Shown: positions 1 through 12,294, numbered from the stretch's first letter. The stretch: DNA of 64,000 nt from Pristiophorus japonicus (GCF_044704955.1 NC_091997.1:34596001-34660000), one strand, 5' to 3'. The notes: generated by a model not told the origin, from the sequence alone. Program-made: numbers and translations.

Positions 1-254
1 GTCTATCCCTTTCTCCCTTTTTAAACAATGGTACAACATTAGCAGTCTTCCAATCCTCCGACACCACACCTGTAGCCAGAGAGGATTGGAAAATGATGGT
101 CAGAGCCTCTACTATTTCCTCTCGTGCTTCTTTTGACATGTATCAATCTTTCCTTCATTGTCGCTGGGTCAAAATCCTAGAACACCCTTCCTAACAGCAC
201 TGTGGGAGTACCTTCACCACACCATGTTGTCACGGTTTGATACCACTGAGTGGC

Positions 255-515
255 CTTCTGGACAGTTAAGAGTCAACCACATTGCTGTGGGTCTGGAGTC
301 ACATGAAAGGATGGTATATTTCCTTCCCTAAAGGACATTAGTGAGGCAGATGCGTTTTTACGACAATCCGGTAGTTTCATGGTCACCATTACTGATACTA
401 GAATTAACTGAATTTAAATTCCCCAGCTGCCGTGGTGCGATTTGAACTCATGTCCTCAGATAATTAGTCCAGGCCTTTGGATTACTAGTAATATAACCAC
501 TATGCTACCATTCCC
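255..515 (-). mobile_element. tRNA-headed SINE fragment (family B, distinct from the Deu-domain SINE)
   Basis: Reverse complement matches the plus-strand copy at 23395-23710 (GGTAGCATAGTGG head, GAGTTCAAAT box-B-like motif, GTGGTTGACTCTTAACTG). Confidence 0.6.
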
Positions 516-529
516 GCTAAGTGTCCATG

Positions 530-861
530 GCACCTTATATTCCATGGACCAGCGCCTCCCAAACCCATGACCACTACCCCCTAGAAGGACAAGGGCAGTA
601 GGCGCATGGGAACACCACCACCTCCACGTTCCCCTCCACACACCAACCTGACTTGGAAATATATCGGCTGTTCCTTCATCGTCGCTGGGTCACAATCCTG
701 GAACTTCCTCCCTAACAGCACTGTGGGAGCACCTTCACCACACGGACTGCAGCGGTTCAAGAAGGCAGCTCACCACCACCTTCTCAAGGGCAATTAGGGA
801 TGGGTAATAAATGCCGGTCTTGCCAGTGACACCCACGTCCCACAAATGAATAAAAAATAAA
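530..861 (+). mobile_element. 3' end of a non-LTR retrotransposon (CR1/L2-group LINE) with A-rich tail
   Basis: Recurrent 3' segment GCAGCGGTTCAAGAAGGCAGCTCACCACCACCTTCTCAAGGGCAATTAGGGATGG...AATAAAAAA, also seen at ~22760, ~28050 and ~48330. Confidence 0.55.
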
Positions 862-3749
862 CCGGCAATGTTTTCCCTCTGACTCTGATGTTACGACACA
901 GAATCACCTGAACAGTGAGATACTGGTCGGTAAGTCACTGGCTGATAGGGGTGCTCAGGTATCTATGATCAGGAATCTACTCAAACTCACTTTCACAGCC
1001 ACATCTCTTTCCTCAGCAACTGTCACTGGCTCCGATTTACTCCACGTGGATTGCAACTGAAATTCCACCCTTCATGTTTCGGATCCACCCAGGATTACAG
1101 ATATCTCCAAGATATTCAGCGTTCCTCCAACCACTGCTCTTGCCGCATCCTGGGATCCACACTTAACGCTATGCACCACCACATGCACGCTCTCGACCTC
1201 TCTCTTCAGCAGGACCGACTCACTCTGTCTCAGAGCTGTCCTGGCCCGCAGTTCCATTTCATCCTTCGCCTCGTCCAGCGCTTCAATATACAATTTTTAT
1301 TCTTCCTTTCAAGTATCAAGGATCGCAAGCTCCAACAACGTTTGGACACCAACGTCCCTCCGGAACTTTCTTCCCCCACACTCCCCTCTGATCTCATTCC
1401 TTCTTCCAATCTCACCCCCTGCCGTGTTTTCACGATCCCCTCTGACCTTCCCCTCTCTGACCCCGAACGATCAGTCCTCAGCAAAGGTCTGAGCTTCATC
1501 CCCTTACGCCCCCACCTCAATGAATTTCGAGCTCGGCACGATGCTCAGCTCTTTTTCTGCCGCCTTCGCCTCTGTGCCCACGTCTTCGGCCAGGAGTCTT
1601 CCCCCCACACAGCTGACCCTTTCTCCCGTTTTCAGAATTCTCGTTCTACCTGGACCCCTCCCTCTGGCCCCCTACGCTCTCTAGATCTTTTCATTGCAAA
1701 CTGCCGACGGGACATCGGCCGTCTCAATTTCTCTGCTCCCCTCACTCACTCCAACCTCCCTCCCTCTGAACTTGCAGCACTCCGCTCGCTCACATCCAAC
1801 CCCAACCTTGTCATCAAACCTGCTGACCAGGGTGGCGCTGTTGTTATTTGGCAAACCGACCTCTACCTTGCAAAGACTCATCACCAACTCTCTGACACCT
1901 CCTCCTACCTCCCCCTGGACCATGACCCCACCACCAAACATCAAGCCATCCTTTCCCAGACCGTCACTGACCTCATCTCCTCTGGAGATCTTCCCTCCAC
2001 AGCCACCAACCTCATAATTCCCCAACCCCACACAGCCCACTTGTTCTCAAGATCCACAAACAGGACTGTCCCGATCGACCCATCGTTTCAGCCTGTTCTT
2101 GCCCCACAGAACTTATTGCTTCATAACTTGACTATTTTTTCTCCCCTTGTCCACTCTCTTCCCACCTACATCCGTGACCCCTCCGTCACTTTAACAGTTT
2201 CCAGTTTCCTGGCCCCAACCATCTCCTTTTCACCATGGACGTCCAATCTCTCTACACTTCCATCCCCCTCCAGGATGGCTTGAGGGCGCTCCACTTCTTC
2301 CTCGAGCAGAGGCCCAACCTGTCCCCATCCCCCACCCTCCTCCGCCTGGCTGAACTTGTTCTCACATTGAACAACTTCTCCTTTAACTCCACTCACTTCC
2401 TCCAAATTAAAGGTGTTGCTATGGGAACCCGCATGGATCCGAGCTATGCCTGCCTTTTTGTGGGATATGTGGAACGTTCTTTGTTCCAGTCCGACTTGGG
2501 TTCCCTCCCTCACCTCTTTTTCCGGTACGTTGATGACTGTATCGGTGCCGTTTCCTGCTCTCACCTGAACTAGAAAATTTCATTCACTTTGCTTCCAATT
2601 TCCACCCTTCCCTCACCTTCACACAGTCGATCTCTGACTCTTCCCTTCCCTTCCTTGACTTCTCCGTCTCCATCTCTGGGGATAGACTTTCGACCAGTAT
2701 CCACTATAAGCCCACTGACTCCCACAGCTACCTGGACTACACTTCCTCCCACCCCACATCCTGTAAGGACTCCATTCCATTCTCCCAGTTTCTCCATCTC
2801 CGTCGCATCTGCTCTGACGTCGCCACCTTTCACACTCGTGCCTCTGGCTAGTCTTCCTTTTTCCTTAACCGAAAATTCGCCTCCGCCATGGTTAACATGG
2901 CCCTCGATCGTGTTCGTTTCATATCCCGCACCTCTGCTCTCATCCCATCCCCTCCCTCCCAGAACCACGACAGGGTTCCCCTTGTCCTCACCGTTCACCC
3001 CACCAACCTGCATGTTCAACAGATCATCCTCCTCCATTTCCACCACCTCCAGCGTGATCCCACCACCAATCACATCTTCTCCTCCCCTCCCCTCTCAGCA
3101 TTCCGAAGGGACCGCTCCCTCCGCGACACCCTGGTCCATTCCGCAGTCACCCCCAGCACCCCTTCCCCTTCCCACAGCACCTTCCTGTGCAAGTGCAGGA
3201 GATGCAACCCCTGCCCTTTTACCCCCTCCCTTCCCACTGTCCAGGGCCCCAAACACTCCTTCCAGGTGAAACAGCGATTTACTTGTACTTCTTGCAATTT
3301 AGTATACTGTGTTCGCTGCTCACGATGTGTTCTCCTCTACATTGGGGAGATCAAGCGTAGTTTGGGTGACCACTTTGCAGAACACCTCCGTTCAGTCCGT
3401 AAGCGTGACCCCGAGCTTCCGGTCGCCTGTCACTTTAATTCTCCGCTCCACTCACTCTTTGACCTCTCCGTCCTCGGCCCCCTACACTGTTCCAATGAAG
3501 CTCAACGTAAGCTCGAGGAACAGCACCTCATCTTTCGCTTAGGCACTTTACAGCCTTCTGGACTCAACATCGAGTTCAACAAATTCAGACCAGAACCTCA
3601 GCCCCTATTTTTTCATATGGCAGCTGCTGATGATTCTGCCATTCCCATTCACACCTCCTCTAGACCCATCTTTTGTTTCTTAACTTGCCCCATTGCCATC
3701 TCCTTTTGCTTTGTACAATCATCCATTTTGTCTTTTAATCACTCCTGCA

Positions 3750-4090
3750 TTAAACCGAGGCCCCGTCTGCTCTCTCAGGTGGATGTAAAAGATCCCACAG
3801 CACTATTTCAAAGAAGAGCAGGGGAGTTATCCCCAAGTATTTTGCTTTTGTGTTTGAGTTATCCCCGGTGTCCTTGGGCCAATATTTATCCCTCAATCAA
3901 CATTACAAAAAAAAAGATGATCTGGTCATTATCACATTGCTGTGTGGGAGCTTGCTGTGCGCAAATTGGCTGCTGTGTTTCCCACATTACAACAGTGACT
4001 ACACTCCAAAAAAGTACTTCATTGGCTGTAAGGCGCTTCGAGATGTCCAGTGGTCGTGAAAGGCGCTATATAAATGCAAGTCTTTCTTTC
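3750..4090 (+). mobile_element. Deu-domain SINE (SacSINE1-like), 5'-truncated, inserted in the Penelope pLTR
   Basis: TTAAACCGAGGCCCCGTCTGC...GATCCCA...GGCGCTATATAAATGCAAGTCTTTCTTTC. It artificially extends the 2888-4162 ORF. Confidence 0.8.
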
Positions 4091-4154
4091 CTCCCCCTCC
4101 CCTTTTCCCTGCCCCTACACTTGATTAAAACCTGTTACATCTCTAACCTTTTCC

Positions 4155-4191
4155 GTTTCTGACGAAGGGTCATCAACCTGAAACGTGAACT
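4155..4191 (+). ncRNA. Degenerate minimal hammerhead ribozyme motif in Penelope pLTR
   Basis: CTGACGA (4159-4165), helix II GGGTC-atc-AACCT, GAAA, CGTG, AACT. The putative cleavage-site base is G, so it is probably inactive. Confidence 0.6.
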
Positions 4192-4771
4192 CTGTTTCTC
4201 TCTCCACAGATGCTGCCTGACCCGCTGAGTATTTCCAGCGTTTTCTGGTTTTATTTCCGATTTCCAGCATCCGCATTGTTTAGCTTTTGTGTTTATTGTG
4301 CTAGGGATGCTCATTCTGTAATAGAATGTCACAGTGAGCCGGGGCTCTGGGCACAGCAGCAGCTCTCTGGGTAAAGTCCACACCTGGCTCGACAGATTTG
4401 AATACCATGCAAACTGGGTATCGTGGCAGCACCGTCAGTTTTGCTGCATACGGGCAAGGCATCTATAAACATGCATCTCAGATCACTTACAGACTGGCAT
4501 CTGTATTTCCCACATTACAACAGTGACTTCACTCCAAAAGTACTTCATTGGCTGTAAAGCGCTTTGAGACATCCGGTGGTCGTGAAAGGCGCTATATAAA
4601 TGCAAGTCTTTATTTAGGATAACACGTGGGCTGCGGTATATATATGTATATATATAGGGTAATGTAGACTGGGATCTGTAGATATATATCATACATGGAC
4701 TGGAATCTATATTCTTTACCCAGAGAGCGGTGAGAACGTGGAACTCGCTAAAACATGGAATAGTTGAAGGA

Positions 4772-5020
4772 TGTCATGTATGTAACCACAATGTAACACC
4801 ACTGTATTACTGTATACACTCAACCTAGATGCACACCTTGAACACAAGGGGGGAAACTTGTGGGAGACACTCCTTACCTGATCACACAGGTATAAAAAGG
4901 GAGGTCCCACGCAGGGTCATTGTCTTTGGAGTCCTGTGAATAAAGAGTTAAGGTCACAGAGTGACCTTGTCCCCAGAATGTGCCTCGTGTGGTTTCATAC
5001 TGTAGAGTAAGGACTTTATA
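4772..5020 (+). repeat. 5' LTR (249 bp)
   Basis: TGTCATG...TTTATA (terminal CA mutated to TA); contains TATAAAA and AATAAA; about 10 differences from the 3' LTR by eye. Confidence 0.95.
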
Positions 5021-5021
5021 T

Positions 5022-5031
5022 TGGCGACGAG
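5022..5031 (+). promoter_or_regulatory. Primer binding site (tRNA-Ser type)
   Basis: TGGCGACGAG 1 nt after the 5' LTR, complementary to the ...CUCGUCGCCA 3' end of tRNA-Ser(GCU). Confidence 0.75.
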
Positions 5032-5056
5032 AAACGGGAACTCACGACCCACGAGA

Positions 5057-8000
5057 ATGGTCACTGGTAGCACAGAGGAACGGTACTGTGTTGGGGAGGA
5101 CTGGGATGATTTTGTCGAGAGGCTTCAGCAAAGCTTTGTTATGAAAGAATGGCTGGGGGATGCAGCGGCCGACAGGCAAAGGGCTCATCTCTTGACCAGC
5201 TGCGGACCAAAGACTTACGCGCTCATGAAGGACTTACTAGCTCCCGAAAAGCCGGCGGACAAAATCTTGGAAGAACTTCGCAAATTGATCGGGGAGCACC
5301 TCAAACCGGCGAGTAGCATACATATGGCCCGACACAGATTCTACACCCACCAACGTCGTGAAGGACAGAGCATACCGGACTTCGTAGTGGACCTCCTGCA
5401 TTTGGCCAGCCTCTGTAAGTTCACAGACGCCTGCAAGGGGGAGATGCTAAGGGACTTTTTTGTCAAGGGCATCGGTCATGCGAGAATTTTCCGCAAATTA
5501 ATTGAAACCAAGGATTTGACCTTGGAAGCGGCGGCGTTGATAGCTCAAACATTCATGGCGGGGGAGGAGGAGACGAAAATAATATACGTGCGCAATTCTG
5601 CCTTTAACGCGGCGATGGATCAGGGAGTCAACAAGATCTATGCGACTCAGAACCCCGCAGGCAGGCAGGGGCAGTCCGACACTCCACAGGCAGCAATAGA
5701 CCCCAGAGTAGGACTTCAACAGAGACAATGACAGGCTGAACGGACATTCACACCATCACAGTGGACAATGCTGGGATGGGGCCATTGACACCCACTAATA
5801 GGGTATTTAAGACCAGTCAAAGGAACAGTCAGCGCGGAATGCCTGGCCATAGTCCCTTTGTTCCCAACAATGGAAACTTTAACTCATGCTGGAGGTGTGG
5901 GGGAAAACACTCAGCTAGATCTTGCAGATTTCAACAGTTTGTCTGCAGGAACTGCAATCTCAGTGGCCACTTAGCTCGAATGTGCATGACGTCTGCAACC
6001 AGACTAATATATGAGGCAGATGGACCAGAAGAGAGTTCTTTGAGGCAGGATGACTTTTGGGGCAAATCGATGGACACCGAGGTTCAGCGGGTCCATGTGG
6101 CGAATATTTACAGTTCATACACCAAAACGCCACCAATGATGATGGTTTTATTAAACGGTATCCCAGTACGCATGGAGCTGGACATTGGGGCCAGCCAGTC
6201 ACTCATGGGTGTTCAGCAATTTGAGAAGCTATGGCCACTTAAAGCCAGTAGACCCAAATTAGCACGTATTGAGACACAATTACGGACTTACACAAAATAA
6301 ATCATTCCGGTGCTAGGCAGTGCAATGTTGGCAGTCACACACAATGGGTTAGTGAATCGGCTGCCGCTCTGGATTGTCCCGGACAATGGTCCCGCACTGT
6401 TGGGGAGGAGCTGGTTAGCCGAGATGAACTGGAAATGTGGGGATGTTCACGCAATGTCATCTGTGGAGCGAAGTTCGTGCTGACAAGTCCTACAACAATT
6501 CGATTCACTATTCCAACCTGGCATCGGGACTTTCAAAGGCACTAAAGTAGTGATACACATCACCCCGGACGCCAGGCCAGTGCACCACAAAGCCAGAGCG
6601 GTGCCATATGTGATGCGGGAAAAGATCGAGAGCGAATTGGATCGACGGCTGAGAGAGGGCATCATCTCGCCTGTTGAATTCAGTGACTGGGCGAGCCCCA
6701 TCGTTCCCATCCTAAAAGCGGATGGCTCTGTCAGGATCTGTGGCGACCTCAATTGGGTGTCCCCACAAGATCAATACTTGCTCCTGAGAGCGTAGGACCT
6801 CTTCGCCACGCTGGCAGGCGGCAAGCTGTTCACCAAGTTGGACCTCACTTCAGCCTATATGACCCAGGAACTGGCCGACGAATCTAAACTACTGACCACC
6901 ATCACCACGCACAAGGGACTGTTCGTTTATAACAGGTGCCCGTTTGGCATTCAATCAGCGGCCGCGATTTTTCAACGAAACATGGAAAGCCTGCTTAAAT
7001 CCATTCCTGGAACGATTGTATTCCAAGACGACATCCTTATCACGGGTCGAGACACCGAGGAACACCTCCACAACCTGGAGGAGGTGCTACGCCGACTGGA
7101 CCGGGTAGGCCTGCGACTCAAGAAGTCTAAATGTGTGTTCTTAGCTCCTGAGGTTGAGTTTCTGGGCAGGAAGGTTACTGCAGATAGGATTCTGCTCACC
7201 GAATCCAAAACGGAGGCAATTCGATGTGCACCCAGGCCCTGCAACACATTGGAGTTGTGTTCATTCCTGAGACTGTTGAATGATTTCGGGAACTTTCTGC
7301 TGAACTTGAGCACGTTGTTGGAGCCGCTACACATGCTCCTGCGTAAGGGTTGCGATTGGTTTTGGGGGGACTGTCAGGAACGGGTTTTTGATCGGGCGTG
7401 AAACCTACTTTGTTCAAACAAGTTGTTGACCCTGTACGACCCCTGTAAAAAATTGGTTCTGACATGTGATGCATCGTCCTATGGGGTTGGGTGCGTGTTG
7501 CAGCAGGGCAATGCTGAGGGTCAACTACAAACTGTGGCTTATGCCTCCAGGTCACTTTTTCAAGCAAAATGGGGATATGGGATCGTCGAGAAGGAACGCT
7601 TGCATGTGTCTATGGTGTAAAAAAAAATGCATCAGTACCTCTTTGGTAGGAAGTTTGAATTAGAGATGGACCACAAGCCATTAACATCCCTGTTGTCAGA
7701 CAGCAAGGCTATCAATGCCAACACATCAACTTGCATACAGCGATGGGCTCTCACGCTGGCTGCTTATGACTACTCCATCTGGCACCGGCCCGGCACTGAA
7801 AATTGCGCTGACGCGCTCATCAGGCTTCCACTGGCCACCACTGAGGGGGCAGTGGAGCAAAGCGCCAAGCTGGTCATGGCTGTTGATGCCTTTGACAGCG
7901 CAGGCTCCCCCATCACAGCCCGCCAGATCAAAATCTGGACAAGCAGAGGTCCCCTCCTATCCCTGATTAAGAAATGTGTCCTGACTGGGGATTGGGTGCC

Positions 8001-9205
8001 CGCACACGGAGCATGCCCTGAGCAGGTCAAACCGTTCCACAGACGGGATGGATGAGCTCTCCATGCAAGCCGACTATCTAAATGGGGCAGCCATATAGTT
8101 ATGCTCCAGAAGGGCAGGGAGGCATTCATCAGGGAACTCCACAGCGAGCACCCAGGCATTGTGCTGATGAAAGCCATTGCCCGGTCACATGTTTGATGGC
8201 CTGGAATTGATTCAGACCTGGAACACTGTGTTCGCAGGTGCACGACGTGTGCCCAGCTGGGTAATGCCCCCAGGGAGGTCCCGCTCAGCCCGTGGCCCTG
8301 GCCCACCAGGCCATGGTCACGCATTCATGTTGACTACACGGGCCCGTTCATGGGTAAGATGTTCCTTATTGTGGTAGACACGTACTCAAAATGGATCGAG
8401 TGCATAATTCTGAATTCATGCACGTCATCCACCACCGTGGAAAGCCTACGTGCGATCTTTGCAACCCATGGCTTGCCGGACATCCTGGTTAGTGATAATG
8501 GCTCATGATTCACAAGCTACGAGAGTTTATGTCGGGCAATGGCATCAACCATGTCAGGACTGCGCCGTTCAAGCGGAACGTGCAGTCCAAATCATTTAGC
8601 AAGGTATGCTCAGGATTCAAGGACCCTCCCTACAATGCCGCCTATCGCGTCTCCTGCTGGCCTATAGATCCCGACCGCACTCGCTCACGGGGGTCCCACT
8701 CACAGAGCTACTAATGAAAAAGACACTCAAAACTCGGTTGTCCCTCATTCACCCAGTCCTGACCGACATAGTTGAGGGCAAGCGCAAGTCACAAAACGAG
8801 TACCATGACCGTAATTCGAGGGGGAGATGTATAGAAATAAATGAACCTGTATTCGTCCTCAATCACGCCATGGGGCCCAAATGGCTTGAGGGCACTGTAA
8901 TTGACAAAGAGGGGAATAGGGTCATCGTGGTAAAACTCAACAATGGTCAGATATGCCATAAGCATCTGGACCAAGTAAAAAAAAGGTTCAGCATGGACAC
9001 GGAGGAACCTGAAGATGACCATGAGATGGAGCTCACACCACCGCCAGTGAACGAGCAACAAGAGCAATCAGAAGAATGCACAGTCCCTGCGGTCAACCCG
9101 GACAGGCCGGAATCACCACAGGTGACAGACACTCACGTCAGTGTCCAACAACCAGAACCCCAACTGCAGCGCTCCACGAGGGAGCGTAGACCACTAAACC
9201 TATGA
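5057..9205 (+). pseudogene. Disrupted gag-pol of the Gypsy element
   Basis: Gag (EDWDDFVERL), two zinc knuckles (CWRCGGKH..C; CRNCNLSGHLARMC), protease ELDIGAS, RT DLTSAY...FQDDILI, RNase H TCDASSYGVG and integrase remnants. Many stops and frameshifts. Confidence 0.9.
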
Positions 9206-9220
9206 TCCCAATAAGACTTT

Positions 9221-9238
9221 GGGGGGGGGGGGAGGTGA
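9221..9238 (+). other. Polypurine tract
   Basis: G12AGGTGA directly before the 3' LTR. Confidence 0.85.
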
Positions 9239-9486
9239 TGTCATGTATATAACCACAATGTAACACCACTGTATTACTGTATACACTCAACCTAGATGCA
9301 CACCTTGACCACAAGGGGTGAACTTGTCGGAGACACTCCTTACCTGATCACACAGGTATAAAAAGGGAGGTCCCACGCAGGGTGATCGTCTTTGGAGTCC
9401 TGTGAATAAAGAGTTAAGGTCACAGAGTGACCTTGTCTCCAGAATGTGCCTTGTGTGGTTTCATACTGTAGAGTAAGGACTTTACA
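9239..9486 (+). repeat. 3' LTR (248 bp)
   Basis: TGTCATG...TTTACA, direct repeat of 4772-5020. Confidence 0.95.
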
Positions 9487-9509
9487 AAGGGGAATAGCTC
9501 AGATATATT

Positions 9510-9918
9510 TAAGATACATTTCTCATTCTTGTTTACAAATCCCTCCATGGCCCACGCCCCTCCCTATCTCTGTAACCTCCTCCAGCCCCACAACCCCCCC
9601 CCCCCCCCAAGATGTCTGCGCTCCTCTAATTCTGTCCTCCTGAGCATCCCTGATTATAATCACTCCACCATTGGTGGCCATGCCTTCTGTTGCCTGGGCC
9701 CCAAGCTCTGGAACTGCCTCCCTAAACCTCTCCGCCTCTCTTTCCTCCTTCAAGACGCTTCTTAAAACCTACCTCTTTGACCAAGCTTTTGGTCACCTGC
9801 CCTAATTTCTCCTTATGTGGCTTGGTGTCAAATTTTTTGTCTCATAATACTCCTGTGAAGCGCCTTGGGATGTTTCACTACGTTAAAGGCGCTATATAAA
9901 TACAGGTTGTTGTTGTTG
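9510..9918 (+). mobile_element. L2-clade LINE 3' fragment with (GTT)n tail
   Basis: TCCCTCCATGG...GGCCCCAAGCTCTGGAA...GGCGCTATATAAAT...GTTGTTGTT. Same family at ~15310-16270, 29835-30390, 37370-37790, 40228-40662 and 62350-62885. Confidence 0.7.
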
Positions 9919-10529
9919 AAGCGAGATAAATATATAAGACAGAAAGGAAGAGGATATGTCGATACAGTGAGATGAAGAGGGGTGGGAGGAGGCTCGTGTA
10001 GAGCAGAAAACCGGCATGGATCTAACGGGCCAAATGGCCTGATGCTGTGCCCTGCATTCTGTGTAATTCCATGTTACGAATAGCAGCCATGGCCATTTCA
10101 ACCCCAAAAGTCTCGCTAACATTATTTGACTGGGAAAGGATGAGAATTGTCCATTTGCCACAAGACAGTGTGAGTTTAGGAGGCGGGGCAAGGGGTTGGA
10201 ATGTTGCTCATGCTGGTGTGCGTGTTTGGTTTACGGGGCGCCGCCCAGAATCAGTGTCTAAGGAGCGGTAAACCAACCAGTCAATCAAGAAGGGCTCGTC
10301 GTACAGGAAGCAGCTCAGACACAGGCCCCTTTCGTTCCTTCAACAATAAAGAAACTGGGCCCCAGTTTCTCACCTAGCTTCTACATTGGTTTCTGTGTGA
10401 CGATTGCAAAATCGGGCTGCATTGGAGAGCGTCAACATACAGCTGCGGCGAAGCTTCCGCTCACAAAATGGCCCCAGAAATGGAGCAGATGGGTGCATCA
10501 ACATGGGTCGCACTCTCACCTCGGGGTCA

Positions 10530-10841
10530 TGAAGGTTGTGAAGTGCAACATCCCCATCGCCACCTGGGAAATCCTGGCCAAAGACCGCCCTCAGTGGAGG
10601 AAGAGCATTCGGGAGGGCGCTGAGCACTTTGTGTCTCGTCGCCAACAGCATGCAGAAATCAAGCACCGACAGCAGATAGAGCGTGCAGCAAACCAGTCAC
10701 ACCCACCCTTTCCCTCAACGACTACTTGTCCCACCTGTGACAGAGGCTGTGGTTCTCGTATTGGACTGTACAGCCACCTAAGAACTCATGTTAAGAGTGG
10801 AAGCAAGTCTTCCTCGATTCCGAGGGACTGCCTATGATGAT
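10530..10841 (+). mobile_element. RTE-clade LINE 3' fragment
   Basis: ORF end WEILAKDRPQWRKSI...TCPTCDRGCGSRIGLYSHLRTH (C2H2) followed by a (TGA)n tail. Confidence 0.75.
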
Positions 10842-10842
10842 G

Positions 10843-11890
10843 GGGTTCAAGACCCACTCCGGAGAACTGAGCACAAAAGGCTAGGCTCCCAGCGCAGTAT
10901 TGAGGGAGTGCCGCATTGTCGGAGGGGCAGTACTGAGGGAGCGCCGCACTGTCGGAGGGGCAGTACTGAGGGAGTGCCGCACTGTCGGAGGGGCAGTACT
11001 GAGGGAGTGCCGCACTGTCGGAGGGGCAGTACTGAGGGACGCCGCACTGTCGGAGGGGCATTACTGAGGGACGCTGCACTGTCGGAGGGACATTACTGAG
11101 GGACGCTGCACTGTTGGAGGGGCAGTACTGAGGGACGCCGCACTGTCAGAGTGGCAGTACTGAGGGACGCCGCACTGTCGGAGGGGCATTACTGAGGGAC
11201 GCTGCACTGTCGGAGGGACATTACTGAGGGACGCTGCACTGTTGGAGGGGCAGTACTGAGGGAGTGCCGCACTGTCAGAGTGGCAGTACTGAGGGACGCC
11301 GCACTGTCGGAGGAGCAGTACTGAGGGACGGCGCACTGTCGGAGGGGCAGTACTGAGGGAGTGCCGCACTGTCGGAGGGGCAGTACTGAGGGAGTGTGGC
11401 ACTGTCGAAGGGGCAGTACTGAGGGAGCACCGCACTGTCGGAGGGGCAGTACTGAGGGAGTGTGGCACTGTCGAAGGGGCAGTACTGAGGGACGCCGCAC
11501 TGTCGGAGGGGCAGTACTGAGGGACGGCGCACTGTCAGAGGGGCAGTACTGAAGGACGCCGCACTGTTGGAGGGGCAGTACTGAGGGAGTGCCGCACTGT
11601 CAGAGTGGCAGTACTGAGGGACGCCGCACTGTCGGAGGAGCAGTACTGAAGGACGCCGCACTGTCGGAGGGGCAGTACTGAGGGACGCCGCACTGTTGGA
11701 GGGGCAGTACTGAGGGAGTGCCGCACTGTCGAAGGGGCAGTACTGAAGGACGCCGCACTGTCGGAGGGGCAGTACTGAGGGACGGCGCACTGTCGGAGGT
11801 GCCTACTTTCGGATGAGACGTTAAATCAAACCCTACCTGCCCTCTCAGAGTAGATGTAAAAGATCCCACGGCCACTATTTCAAGGAAGAG
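10843..11890 (+). mobile_element. Deu-domain SINE with internal array of ~28 units of a 32/33-bp repeat
   Basis: GGTTCAAG box B, tandem GAGGGA(GT/C)GCCGCACTGTCGGAGGGGCAGTACT, then TTTCGGATGAGACGTTAAA. Confidence 0.85.
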
Positions 11891-12294
11891 CGGAGGGGGT
11901 TGGCGGGGGGGGGTGGGGAGCGTTGGTGGTCCAGGGTATTTACTGGGAGAATCACACCGTCCTGGGGTCCAGCAATGATCGGAGTTCCCCATCCATGGTC
12001 TGTGTTTATTGTCCCTTGCTGCAGTGGGACAGAGAGTAAATTCCCGGAGAATCTGCGATCCTGCATCGGGTTGAAGTAGAAGGCAGGAAGAACCTCTGAT
12101 GAGATCACAGTCTTTTATTATCAGTGGTTACAAGGTACAACAGTAATTACACAATATAAATCATTGGATGTGAAACACTTGGCACTGTTTCTGAATGGCA
12201 GGGTTTAATATGAGCATAAAGGTACAATTTTACAGTATCACAGTGGTCACCACAAAATTTCAGTGGAAGGTCACATCACGGTATCCAGCCAACA

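Larger units (their letters stand above)
960..4297 (+). mobile_element. Penelope-like element (RT + GIY-YIG endonuclease), frameshifted, with 3' pseudo-LTR
   Basis: ORF pieces 1051-2283, 2235-2573 and 2888-~3590 carry PLE RT motifs (VIKPADQGGAVV, MDVQSLYTSIP, KGVAMGTRMDPSYA, FFRYVDD) and a GIY-YIG domain (FTCTSCNLVYCVRCSRC..LYIGE..RSL...EH...VACHFN). The pLTR (~3600-4297) is split by a SINE. Confidence 0.9.
4772..9486 (+). mobile_element. Full-length Gypsy/Ty3 LTR retrotransposon (Mag-like), decayed
   Basis: Two LTRs, PBS, PPT and gag-pol in Gypsy order (PR-RT-RH-IN). Near-perfect 5-bp TSD AAGGA (4767-4771) / AAGGG (9487-9491). Inserted in a CR1 3' fragment that resumes after it. Confidence 0.95.

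Noticed and set aside
3590-4162. Long C-terminal extension of the Penelope GIY-YIG ORF (424 aa)
   Set aside because: Read-through into the pLTR and an inserted SINE after loss of the stop codon, not a domain fusion.
10897-11800. CRISPR-like appearance of 33-bp hairpin repeats (also at 44705 and 52763)
   Set aside because: Units are head-to-tail with no unique spacers, lie inside SINEs, and the context is eukaryotic with no cas genes.
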